Of a stretch of 64,000 bases of DNA, positions 1 through 11,704 are shown piece after piece. Position 1 is the stretch's first letter. Each line of letters begins with the position of its first letter. A program made the translations under genes and the position numbers. The notes beneath the pieces were generated by a model. That model was given only the letters and a program-made list of their open reading frames with translations, did not search any database and was not told the DNA's origin. The DNA comes from Phoronis australis (Eukaryota > Animalia > Phoronida), in assembly GCA_002633005.1 (NCBI GenBank), contig NMRA01000198.1, forward strand, positions 373,282-437,281, read 5' to 3'.

Positions 1-183
1 GGTTTAAGATTCGATTTGTCACATGTATGGGATGGTTTTTCTGACGTCAATGCGGTACCGTCTGGTCAAAACGCCACCAATTGGCCAAAATAACAATAAT
101 GTCACAAGCCAAGCTGAAGTCCGTGAGATGCGGACACAACGTCGCTAATTTTTGTAAGCTTTTATTCCTCAAACTTGATCTGT
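1..183 (+). mobile_element. 3' end of a Penelope-like element-derived repeat, truncated by the window edge
   Basis: Closely matches 51497-51688, sharing GGTTTA.GATTCGATTTGTCACA, CACCAATTGGC.AAAATAAC, CACAAGCCAAGCTGAAG.CCGTGAGATGCGGA and CAACGTCGCTAATTTTTGTAAG. Confidence 0.75.
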
Positions 184-638
184 ACACAGAAAGTGTAAGC
201 TGAATAAGGGTCATCCCATTACAAAAATAAACAAAACAAGCAAAGACAAAGTTTGCCAAAGGCTTTCACAATTGAAATCAAGAAAATTACATATGTTGTG
301 AGCAAGATGTAAAAACTTATAATATATGGCTAAACAAAATTTGTCATGAAAAGAATCACTACCATTAATACATTTTATTTTCTCAAGGCCGTTGTTACAA
401 TTAGTTAAGAGTAGTATACATCTGTTGATTTCCCTCGAGTCTCCTCAAAAGTATGATTGTCCTTTTGATTTACATGATTGCCCGGTTGGAAAATATGAGC
501 ACAAGATTGGAGGTGACTACCTTAATTGCAATATGGGGAGTTGTTATTGAAACTATGATCTGTACAAAGCAATAACAATGTTATGTTTCCAACTATCACC
601 ATTAATGATTTTATACATGTGATGATGTTCTGTTTCAG

Positions 639-690
639 ATCACCAATAGAATTGTGGAAGCAAGCATATACTGCGTATTTCCCTCAAGAG
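639..690 (+). CDS. DYNC2LI1: Cytoplasmic dynein 2 light intermediate chain 1, penultimate coding exon (SPIELWKQAYTAYFPQE)
   Basis: Acceptor tgtttcag|A at 638/639 and donor GAG|gtgaga at 690/691; 52 nt (1 nt + 17 codons). The peptide resembles the SPMELWKK...FP segment of vertebrate DYNC2LI1 as recalled, and it splices in phase 0 to the next exon. Confidence 0.8.
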
Positions 691-1267
691 GTGAGAAACG
701 TCGTGATTTTTACCTCGTTTGGGTTATGGAAATAGGTTTTTAAATTTTCTGAATGAATTTCTTACTGCTGTCATTTGTTTGACCATGATATATTCATCTC
801 AGCAACAATTTTAATAAAAAGTTATAGGAGACTTTTGAGGAAATTTGCAGCACAGGTTTCAATCAGTTAGACTCTGCTGAAGATTTGTCATCATACCTGG
901 ACAGCATGCATGCGCAGTGAGGACATTTCAGAAAGTGTGCAATTGTTTGAATTCAATAGGTGTTTGCATCAGTGAACAGGAAGCTTTTGGGGGATTCTTC
1001 TTTCTGGTTGTGCAGTGTGCTATACAGTTGGTGTCAACCAACTCTTTGTAAAATTTTGACTACTTTTCGCATGGCGATCGCCTTTGAAAACTGGACAAAT
1101 AGTGATGTTGCTGTAATTATTTTGTGCAAAATGACTGAAAAGTTACCGTGGTATTGTACCCTCTAAAGTCGTCAGTAATGAGGTAAAACGAATTATGTAT
1201 CAATTCAATTGTGCTCATTATATACATTTTCTTCCCAAATTCAACGAATGATAACTATTTCTTACAG

Positions 1268-1441
1268 ACCCTGAATGACCCTTCTATGGTCGATGACCCC
1301 AGTAAAGACATACAGTTTGCTGAGCCGGCCATTGATGCAATGAGAGTACAGAAGAATGAAGAGTTGGAAAGATATCGACGAGCGTGCGAACGGAAAATGC
1401 ACGAGGCACAACAACGAGCCATGATGGAAGGAGTGGCATAG
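1268..1441 (+). CDS. DYNC2LI1: Cytoplasmic dynein 2 light intermediate chain 1, last coding exon (TLNDPSMVDDPSKDIQFAEPAIDAMRVQKNEELERYRR...GVA*)
   Basis: Acceptor ttcttacag|ACC; stop TAG at 1439-1441. DP.KD.Q[FY]AE..[IV]D.MR.QK..ELE.Y matches the DYNC2LI1 C-terminal signature. Upstream exons lie outside the window. Confidence 0.85.
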   Translation, partial: TLNDPSMVDDPSKDIQFAEPAIDAMRVQKNEELERYRRACERKMHEAQQRAMMEGVA

Positions 1442-4403
1442 GGATCATTTATTGTGCACTGTTATTTATGGACATAAAATTTTAAAGAATTAAAGATTTA
1501 TTTGATACAGCACACAGCAAAACTGGCGTGAGTCAGATCTTTGCTGAACACGGCAAAAGTTTTTGATACCGTTGTTCTTAATTAGTTTCTTGAGAAAAGT
1601 TGGATTTCACCACTCTGGTTAAAGTGACTTTTTCACGTTTTAATTGTGCTACTTAGTTACGGTTCAAAATTATAGCCAAAAAGTGACCATTTAGGCCCAG
1701 TTGCAGGAATGCAGTGGCAGGTTTAGGGGGTTCTCCCAGCATGAGCCCAAAACATTGCTGACATGCTGTTTTAGGCACTGCAAAAATGTTTGCTTAAGAT
1801 TGGCTGATGTAACTGTATGAATTACATAACAGCAATGCCGCAAGTTTTCCGGTGAATTTTTATGCAATCCAGCCTAAAACTGTCTTTAGTTCCAGTGAAT
1901 TTCATTCAGTATTTCAATGTGGCTTACCAGTCTGGCTTGCTCCAGTGCAAAGTGTTCTTTGAACAAGCATAATGGCCAAACTGCTTTATGTCTTCATACA
2001 AACGAGATGCTTTGATTCCCGGATGTTCCTAAGATTTTTTAGTTACTGTTAAATTGTTGAATTAGTCAAGGTGACCATTCTCTGCGAAATACGTCGTTTG
2101 GGGTAGTGTTGATGTGAAGCCTATTTTGTTTTGTTACATTTTTATTGACTCGTTGCTAAGCAACTGAATGAGCACATTTTGCCAAATCTAATTCCATATT
2201 TTATCCTATATGTCAAACAGATTTCAATGAATATTTTAATAAACTATGGTAATATACACGATGGCAGTGGTAAAATTACCCTTTGACTATTCAGGTATAG
2301 AATCTTGGCTTTTTTTAAAAATTACTGCTGTCAGTGGCCATCAAGACTAATGATACGTCATATTTGATGTGGATGACATGGATCTAGTACTTCTTTTATT
2401 TCACCACCACCACCACCGTCACCACCACCCTGTTACCGACAAAATGCCGCTAGCATGCTGTGTTCAAGGTTTGCAGGTCAAACCTTTATTCTTCAAAAAG
2501 TGGTTACCACCCTACCCCTTGATCTATCAGTCTGTTTCAATGGCAATGTGTTATGTGGAGGATAAGTGAAATTATATTTTGTCAAATTTCTCAATAAAAA
2601 TAAATCTTTTCGGAAATTTTACTTTGCTTTTAGCAAGTTTTGTACAGTACAACTCTCACGGTCAACAAATAATATTTGCTGAAATTTCGAGCATTTGAAA
2701 ATAGAAAATTCACATTTTTTTGTCCCAAATGGAAGACTTATTTTCGAAGGAAATTCAAAACTGGCAAAAGACTGTGTATATATAATGAAAATTCCTTAAT
2801 GTCTTTTCGTCAGGACATCTTCAAATAATTACCAATCCTTATCTCAAGAGCAAAAATGAAATTGAGCTGAAAACTGATTTCAAAATTTCGCTCTGCCTTG
2901 TTTGTAAATAAATAAATTTATATTTATATGATATATATGAATATGTATATATGCACACTATCAGCATCAGCTTTATGGTCTAAAACTTTTTTTTAATTAT
3001 TGCTACTTGGGATAAATTTCGTGCAGCTTTGACATGAGCAATAAGACTGAAAAGTGTTGTGTTTCTGTGATTTTTATAGAAAAAAGTTCAGGTTTTTCTT
3101 TGCAAGCATTTTTCTGTCTAAATGTTTTCATAGAATAAACCTGTATCAGATGTCCAGAAAAGTCTACTATAGCTTCAAGTTCACAGATATTAAGGACTGT
3201 AATGAGTTTGTTGGTTTGACAACGAACATTCTCAAGAACACAATAACTGAACATACCAAAGATGCCAACAATACCGTATTCAACCAAACTACTGTGTTAC
3301 ATTTAAAGACAGTGTAAAATGAGCCAACTGCCTTTTAGATATTATGTTAAATACTGTACTTTTGTGCAACATATCTTTGTTTCGTTTTATTCCAGGCAAC
3401 CACTAATTAATTACTACACATTTTATGCCCCCAACATTTTGTGCCCCCAATGGAAATCCCTCTCACTTTCTTGACCTATAACAGTCGACAGGTGAATTGA
3501 ATCATCTTTGTGACCAGCACATTACCACACTAATTGTACAAACCACAGCCTGAACAGCTGATCGCCTACAGGGACAGTAAAAAATTAAGTAGTTTGCTCA
3601 AGAAACGTCACCAATTAGAAACAATTGCCGACTTAAGGCATCACTGTTGGTTGATAGCGCAATTACTAACTAAAACAACTGTCAGGTAAAGCACCCTTCG
3701 AACCCTACTCACTTTACAGCGTAGATCACTGATAGAGCGCTATCGGTTCACTCACAGCGAACCGAGTTTGGTAGTATTTGCACCCATGTAAAACGCCAAA
3801 CAATAGCTACGTTTCGTACTAAATCTGACAACGACGATCGTGACTCAGAAATATGGTCAATTAACGGTGTGTGTGAATTTACGTCTCGTTTATATCGCAA
3901 AAAACAAACGTGAAGATGACGAACTTTGACCATTACTTGCCAAACGACGGTCATAACGTGTCTTGCAGCAGAGTAATCATAAGTCCTCTTCTCACCTCTA
4001 CCCTCCTCTACATACCTCTACTCACCTCAAAAACAGTTACGCCTGCCTCTATCTGTGGGATTCCTTTGCGGATTTTCATTCAATTTTTAATGACAGTGTT
4101 GTGTTAGCGAGATGACGACGCCTTGCTTTGCATAGTTTCAATGTATTTTGTGCCATCTAATGGCCATCTTTATGATATTAAAAACACTACTGGGATTACA
4201 TTGCAATCGTGGGTACAATTTCAACGTTCCACGTAATCTTGTTTACAGAAAGCAAGCGCAAGCATCAAAAAATTTAGATACCATTTGAGCATTTGTTGCC
4301 ATACTTGATTTGTCCAAGGTTATAGTGTAGGGGGATAGGTTGTTTTTCAAATGAGAATAATTCATTGCACACCACAGATCCCATCGAATCTTCTCATAGA
4401 AAA

Positions 4404-4483
4404 ATTATTACATTATTATTATCATTATTATCATCATCATCATCATCATCATTATTATTATTATCATCATCATTATTATTATT

Positions 4484-4518
<35 letters not shown>

Positions 4519-4551
4519 TATTATTATCATTATTACATGTATTATTATTAC
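4404..4551. repeat. Compound (ATT)n/(ATC)n microsatellite
   Basis: Alternating blocks of ATT and ATC triplets read directly from the sequence. They explain the poly-His/Tyr, poly-Ser/Leu and poly-Asp/Asn ORFs. Confidence 0.97.
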
Positions 4552-5020
4552 ATGTAGCTCCCATTTGATTAATGCAGCAGAACATCTGTGTAAGTCGGGG
4601 TGTTGCGATATTGCAATTTAAAGGTACATGCACCAGATTTCAAAATGTACTAGACAAACTTCAACAGAAGTCTCCGAGACTGCCAAATTTGGAAAAATCT
4701 TTCTAGAATAATTTGTTAGTTTAGTCGATTTTTGTCAGACTTGAATGTGCATTGTGTCTAGTCGCTTATTGTTTGTTTATGAATGGACTTACGTAGTAAC
4801 TTGTGGCAACTTCGGCTACGCGCAAGGAGCAACATCTCCTTAGTTTTTGTTGAGATTTAGCTAGAATTCAGTGAATTGGTTTCTATTCGAAAAGAAACAT
4901 ATTTTATAAGCACAGTATCTTTTATGCTGTATTGTAATTTCTTGGTATGTTGGAGAAAGTAGAAACATAGGCCTGTCCATGCAGATGTCGTTAAGGCAAA
5001 ATTACATACGTATTTTTAAT

Positions 5021-5262
5021 GGAAAGATTCTAGATCATGACATGAATAGAACCACCTTGTTAATCCGTGAAGCCTTGCCGTCAATGAGCAACAAACTGAG
5101 TACAGCTTGAATAGGAACATAAGGGCTTTCAACCTTCAGTTGTGGTAGTTGTTTGTTATAGTGAAGTGATATAGAGCATGACTCATATACCTGATGATGA
5201 TTTAAATCGAAACGTTGATCATGAACTCCGCTGATGATGATTTAAATCGAAACGTTGATCAT
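5021..5262 (+). mobile_element. Decayed 3' end of a Penelope-like element with two tandem minimal hammerhead-like motifs
   Basis: A frameshifted peptide GKILDHDMNRTTLLIREAL...SLNRN resembles the GIY-YIG tail (IL..E.....R.I.EA......LNR). It is followed by CTGATGATGATTTAAATCGAAACGTTGATCAT at 5191-5222 and again at 5231-5262. Confidence 0.6.
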
Positions 5263-6348
5263 TTGCGTCGTTATCTTCCTACCTTACAGATAGAAATGAA
5301 AACTGATCAAAAATGACAAAATTTACTTTCCATGTAGTTTCAATATTTCTCTAATACATCTTCAACGGTTTTACATGATGTGAATCAGTTTGGCCATTTT
5401 GCAATGTTCAAAGGTGGTCAGATTGCAGCTCTGCTGTTTCAGTTGGTCTGTCGGAGTATGACAGAATCATTGGCGCCACTGGACGACCACTAACCAAGTC
5501 GATGTGTATTGCATGTGATATCGTTAACATTGTCATTACAACGTGACCTCGTCAAAAAAGTTAGTTCAAATAAGAAGAATAAACGCAACCGAGTAGGTAT
5601 CCTATCTGTTTCCGAATTTGAAAACTAAGTTAAATAAGAAATGCCCTATGACGTCGTCTCGCTTGTGCGTTTTGTAGCCCTCGTCACCGGAACAAATACA
5701 CCACGGTTTGGATTTCAGTCGTTACTCTGTGCCCCCACCGTGGTGACTGAGTGATAGCCTTGTTTTTACAGCATATAATACAAAAGCAGACCAACACTTT
5801 AGATAACAAGGGTTAATGTTTTATACTGTCGTGAACATTAATAATGATAGTAGATTTTTTTCTGTTGTTGGCTTAACAGGCACTTTATTGTCTGTGGTGG
5901 GTCTTTCCCTCAAACAGGTAAACTTACCTTCCTCAATAACAGATGTTACACCATTTTTTATAAAATAACAAGAAGTGGCAGTAAACTCTTTCGTTTTTTT
6001 GTTCTATAGTTCCTTCGTCGTGTAATTGAAATTTCACTAGTTTCCATGTTCATGATATTTTTCAATTGATTGTCTCATAACTTGCTTAATAAATGGCTTA
6101 CAATAATACACTGTATCATTGTTCAATACCATACCTTCGTGAAAAATTGTGTTAAAAATGATTACGCGTAAAATTTTGCTGAATTCAAAGCTGTCTATAC
6201 GGACCGTACTCATCCAGATTAGCGCCCATGTTCCGATGAACAGTCTTAATTTTCCTTAGTCAACTTGGGGGGTGATTTCAAGGTTCGAAAGAGCTAACAG
6301 TTCATTACTGTTCGACACCAGCGCCTCTACATGTTGGCTTGTCACTGG

Positions 6349-6911
6349 CAGTGGCGGATCTAGGATAACACAAGGGGGGCCCAAAATTTTGTCCGGCTGT
6401 AAGCATTTGCGCAAACCATGATTGTAGATGCGCATAGCACCGAATGGGAGGAGGGCAAACACCCCTCCCGCCCAGGAAATTTTTCTGTTTTTTCCTCTAA
6501 AAATCAAGCATTTTCCTTGATTTCTGATGTATTATCCAAGAAAGGCAAAAAACGACGCGGAGAACGTGTCAGACAGGAAAAACTGCGAGTTCCACAGACT
6601 TGAATTCACAGACTCGAACTCAAGACCAGGCTGATAGGACGCGCGTGCTTTACCACTACACCACCACGATTTCACTAATGACCTTAAACTAAGAGACCTA
6701 CTTCTTTATGGTCCACAGCGTTTGCGCGCGAAACCTACTTCTTTTTTGTAATGCTTATTAAACGTTTTATATTTTGTGCAATCGGTTCTTAACAAATTTG
6801 TTGTATTTAAAGTAGCCTTCAAATGCCCAAAAGACCCGGGCCCCCNNNNNNNNNNNNNNNNNNNNNNNNNNNNNNNNNNNNNNCCCCCCCCCCCCCCTAA
6901 ATCCGCCTATG
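6349..6911. mobile_element. Non-autonomous TIR DNA transposon with 5-bp TSD (contains an N gap)
   Basis: Left TIR CAGTGGCGGATCTAGG vs reverse complement of the right end CATAGGCGGATTTAGG (13/16). Flanking direct repeat ACTGG at 6344-6348 and 6912-6916. Subterminal GGGGGGCCC / GGGCCCCC. Confidence 0.8.
6611..6668 (-). mobile_element. tRNA-derived (SINE head-like) segment inside the TIR element
   Basis: The minus strand reads TGGTGTAGTGG (A box) ... GAGTTCGAGTC (B box) at tRNA-like spacing. No complete cloverleaf is evident. Confidence 0.55.
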
Positions 6912-9204
6912 ACTGGAACGCGAAAAACAGACTAAACTGCAATATTCAATGTCTGTGGTTCTCTGCCACTGAAACACAATTCATCCTGCCCACCAGGTAT
7001 TTTTACGGTTTGTTCCTAAAGATTTTGAATTTCTGTTGATGTCAATGCATTTTTTCGATCCGTCAACTGCTCACCACTTCGTCGAAGGCATCGTAGTATT
7101 CAAATATAGTCTAAAGTGCACGTGGTATTCTTTTTAGACAATTGCTTGCTTCATTGGCTTGCCTAGTACTGTGGTGCCGACCTAAGATCCACAATGCAAT
7201 CACACATGATAATCTGACGTTAATATCCATCTTAACAGTCAGCTGTTTATAAAATGACTCTGAGAGCATGTGCGTATTTATTATAAAAGCGAGGGATGTT
7301 AGAAACTCTGTGGTGACTTCACAGTTTTTTTTTTTGGATGGCGAACGTTGGGACGGAGAAACAGCGGATGGGGATCCAGAGGAGCAGAAGAGTGGGCCCG
7401 GGAATACGAGTACGGACACATTTTAAAGTAACGAGGTTGCATGGGCTGGGCCCAGGATCTCCGAACTCGGGCAGAGATTATCGCTGCGATTTATAATTTA
7501 CGTGGGTATCGGTCACGCTTGAATAGCTACGAGACAATTACGTAGTAATTAGGATAACGTTAGCAATCGCCTAAGTACCTTGTAAGTACTTAGCTCACCT
7601 CACCCCCGTGCTGTGAGGTTTTGGTCACCCGGGTAAAAGAAAACCATCAAGTACGACATCCGCCTCGCTTGCGAGCCAAGAATCAACACGTTTGTTTACC
7701 GCAGACGAGAAATGATAAGGCTGAGCTGATTTGCGTTCGAGGCACGTAACTCTCCGTCTGCGGTAACACTGAGACAAACGCGATTTCCATGAAACTTGGC
7801 AAATTCTATTTTTTACGGTATTATATACAAAAGATTGTCTGGGAATTTCTTTTAAGGCCTTTCATCCTTTGAGTTATTTTTCAAGGAATGTTGACGTCTT
7901 CATTTAAAACATTAGAGTTATCCCTAACATGGCGAAAAGAACTTGAAAAAATCCTACGCTTGTTTACATAATAGAATAAAGAAACAGAATTAGCAAGTTT
8001 CATGCGAAATAATTGGTCGTGGAAATTATCTCTGTGCAAAATCAAGATTTTTAGAAAAAAAAAACAGTCACGCATGATTGCGAAGATCTTATCATTATTT
8101 TCGTGCAAATAATAAGATTCTGTGATCATAAAGAATTTTAAAAATACACTGTTTTATGGGTCAACTATTAATATCTAAACAGTAGGCCTACCTCAACAAA
8201 TTCGACTCTTTGGTAACGAATGTAGTCCATTATCTTAAAACTGGCATGCCACTGGTCCAGTGGTTTTATTACAAGTGTGACCGCTCAGTTTTTTGAAACA
8301 CTTTTCCCCACTCCTGAAAGGCACATCGCTGACTTAGTAAATATTTGAAATAACCTTTTTCGACAACACTGTACTGTAATCGAACGTACATGACCTATTG
8401 CAATAACAAGTCTTAAAAATAAAACGTTAATAGTAGCCCGCATTTTCCGCATCCACCGTCACCCGATCGTTGAACTTTCATGGGGTATTAATTTGCACTC
8501 CTGCACTCCGTCGAAGTTAATATACCATAACGTAGGAAAAACTACAGGCTTACAAGTAGGCCTACGATGCTTTTTGGCTAATCGTGTCATTAAGGAAGCC
8601 CTAATCCGGCGAATGTAAAGGCAAGTTTAGTTGTACGTCTGAGCCACATTCGATCGTAGAGTGTCATGACATGACCTATAGTTGTACATGTGGGTCCGGC
8701 TGATTTCCGTACTGGCAGAACGAGTAGGCCTATACGAGACATGCCAGTTTTTCTACGACGTGCCTTTCCGGAAAAGGCGACTGAAACTTGAAAGCCAGGT
8801 GACGATGAACTGCTTCAGTCAAAAGACCCTTCCGCTGATGACAAAAACCTCGAGAAGGTTCTTCAAATAACATCTACATTTCTATAACTTTACTAGTTGA
8901 AAAGACGTTCACATCTTTGACAATGGTATTCCGGTCTTTTCTTAGGTTTTTGGGTTAGTGCTGAAACGGTGCACTAGGATAGGCCTACGCCGCCGGCCCA
9001 GCTTCCTCGGCCCTGCGTGCATTGAGGCGAAACGCGGCCACGGTCTTTCTGGAGCAAAACTCTACCCTCTATTCATAGGAAATCCCTAAAAATTTCCTTT
9101 TTTAATTCTCTCTCTAAATGGGGGGGTACGGCTTGGGTCTCGGCCACACGGCCGCCGCAAGTCAAGCATGAGGTACGAGCGCCCCCGCACTTTTTGTGCA
9201 CTGT

Positions 9205-9481
9205 CAGTGGCGGACTTACCATAACGGGGGGCCCAACATGTTGCCTCGGGTTATTTGGCAAAGCGCGATTGCATGCGCGCATGCTGTCCAAAAGTTTTGG
9301 GGGACGGGGGCCGCGGATGCGGACTTTTTGTTCTCAGAAAATCTGTCGGTGGACTAAAAAAAAAATAAAAAAACGGGAGCACGATTCCGTCCCCTTTTCC
9401 GCTACCGGTCCCGCTTACTGGACTCAATATTTCCTCACTCTTCACGGGACCCCTGCATGGGCCCCCCTGAATCCGCCTAGG
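9205..9481. mobile_element. MITE of the same TIR family as 6349-6911, with 5-bp TSD
   Basis: Starts CAGTGGCGGACTTACCATAACGGGGGGCCCAA and ends GGGCCCCCCTGAATCCGCCTAGG. Flanking direct repeat ACTGT at 9200-9204 and 9482-9486. Confidence 0.8.
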
Positions 9482-9699
9482 ACTGTGAGAAGATTTTTCA
9501 GTTTTATAGATATGCTAATTTCGGATGGGGCATTAAAACGCCCAATGAGGGTTTTTGGCTTGGGTTTTCCCTTCCGATAGCTTGCACTTCAGAGGTCATA
9601 AGACCGACCCAGCCTGAGTAGTCTACGACTTAGTCACCACTGAGATCACCTGAACAGAAATTCTCGGTGGTATTGTAATTATCTCCCATGTATAAATTT

Positions 9700-10017
9700 C
9701 TCACAGATGGGCCAATACGCATGCGCAGTAGGTAACTTCGTTGCGAAAACCAACGAAAGAGGGCCGTGCACGGGTTTTAGATTTTAATTTTTTACTCTTA
9801 ATTTTGTACTGTACGTTGAACAGTTTTCGCGAACAAAACCGAAGAAACGAACTTCACTGCACGGTGGCACTCTGTGACGTTTAAGAGTCGAATTAAATCT
9901 CAATCCGTCGTGACTTCAAGGTGTTCCCCATTGAACGGAAGCCAAAAAGGCGGAGTAATGATGGTTTGATAACTATCGCAACGAAAACAAGTGGGGGACC
10001 ATCAATTACTTTCTAAG
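9700..10017 (+). promoter_or_regulatory. Probable numb core promoter and non-coding first exon (start uncertain)
   Basis: Lies at the end of a CpG-rich stretch (about 7.4-10.2 kb). CCAAT at 9712-9716, NRF1-like TACGCATGCGCA at 9716-9727, strong donor AAG|gtaaat at 10017/10018. CpG becomes scarce just downstream. Confidence 0.55.
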
Positions 10018-10534
10018 GTAAATGTTTATGTTATCTTATTATGTATTTATCTAGTAACAAAAACACGATTACGGAGAGTTTCCACTGCTTTGGTCTTTGG
10101 AGTTGGTCCAGGTGTTGGATTTAGTCTGGACTGGATGGATTTTGTACAAGTTAGTAAAACTTGTCCTAAAATTTAAAAACTCGTTTTGGACCAGACACGT
10201 AACCTGTCAGTAAATAAGTAGGCCTACTTACTGAGACGGAGCAACAAGCAGAAAATTGTTGTAAGAGTGTATGACACTTTGCTCTAAATTTTGTAAATCA
10301 AAACATTACTTTTGGTGTAGTTGCAATGGCCCAATTAGTTATGCAAAAGATACTTTTTCACCTTGAAATAGATCTATTTGCATTGTCTGTTCACATTGTC
10401 TGACAATTCTGTATTTTTGGCCATCACTCCTGCAAATTGTGACGCCATCATGAGGGGAAACTGCTGAGTGCCTCCTCATTGACTGGGACAGTTGAATGTG
10501 TTACTAATATGTTTTCTTTAAACATGGGGTCAAG

Positions 10535-10607
10535 TAGACAATACCACTGTCTCAACTGGACATCCCATGGGTCCTCCATATGCCAGTTGAGACAGTAGTA
10601 CTGTCTA
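10535..10607. mobile_element. 73-bp MITE with 25-bp TIRs and 9-bp TSD
   Basis: TAGACAATACCACTGTCTCAACTGG vs reverse complement of the right arm TAGACAGTACTACTGTCTCAACTGG (23/25). Perfect flanking repeat GGGGTCAAG at 10526-10534 and 10608-10616. Confidence 0.85.
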
Positions 10608-11035
10608 GGGGTCAAGGGACATGCATAACCGGCACTCACTCACAGGATTTTCAGTTGTGGGTTTTTAAGTGACGTTACTTTGTAACTGATTTCTGTGATT
10701 TGAGATGTGAATTATTTCTAAAGGTCATACGAATAGAATATTTATAATCCAGGAATGTTTCGTAATATTCTGAGACTGTGGCAGGACACAGCTTCAAAAA
10801 TAGTGACATTCCCTCTTGTGGTGGGACAGTTGGCAATTATGGTGTGTATGTCAAAAGTGAAGTACAATATGCAGTGCCTCCACAGTGGTGCTGGACTTTG
10901 ATAACCTGTTCACTGGCTGTTATTCATTGGAAGAAACTGGTTCTCAAAATTTGGACCAAGTTATTAGTGAGGATTACCGTATGCCCTACCTCATTATTTG
11001 TTTGAAGCTAATGTCAGCTGTTGTTTTGTCACCTC

Positions 11036-11704
11036 AAGTTTATTAAAGTTGAAACAAACGTAACATGATGTCACTGGTTAGCATTTGTACAAAGCTGTAT
11101 AAAAATATTGGATAGCGATAAAAACTGATGTAAAAGTAATACCATTAAAAAAGTACACTCTTCCTTTAGGTAGGATTAATGGTTTACCGATACTTGGATA
11201 TGGCTGTTATTCTGTACTAGTAGCTGAATTGTGGAGCGTTCACATGCATCAACTTTGAGCACCATCTGTTGAACAATTTCTGTTTGTCATTCGTTAATTA
11301 CGTTTCTTTTAAATGGTTGTAATGAAAAAGGTAGGTGTCATTTGAGTGTCAGGTGGTTGCAAAAATTTANAAGTTTATTAAAGTTGAAACAAACGTAACA
11401 TGATGTCACTGGTTAGCATTTGTACAAAGCTGTATAAAAATGTTGGATAGCGATAAAAACTGATGTAAAAGTAATGCCATTAAAAAAGTACACTCTTCCT
11501 TTAGGTAGGATTAATGGTTTACCGATACTTGGATATGGCTGTTATTCTGTACTAGTAGCTGAATTGTGGAGCGTTCACATGCATCAACTTTGAGCACCAT
11601 CTGTTGAACAATTTCTGTTTGTCATTCGTTAATTACGTTTCTTTTAAATGGTTGTAATGAAAAAGGTAGGTGTCATTTGAGTGTCAGGTGGTTGCAAAAA
11701 TTTA
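11036..11704. repeat. 334-bp tandem duplication joined by a single N, probably an assembly artefact
   Basis: 11036-11369 and 11371-11704 are identical apart from two A/G differences that I could see. The junction base 11370 is n. Confidence 0.85.

Noticed and set aside
4351-4633. Poly-His/Tyr, poly-Ser/Leu and poly-Asp/Asn ORFs
   Set aside because: All are translations of the ATT/ATC microsatellite, with no splice or homology support.
6611-6668. Possible functional tRNA gene (also 61208-61277 and 39291-39360)
   Set aside because: A and B boxes are present but no complete acceptor and anticodon stems, so these are treated as SINE-like relics.
7338-7496. GC-rich short ORF (MANVGTEKQR...) with a possible AAA|gtaacg donor, considered as a Numb N-terminal extension
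   Set aside because: The donor is in phase 0 for this ORF, whereas numb exon 1 needs phase 1, and the phase-1 frame ends in TAA. It could still be non-coding.
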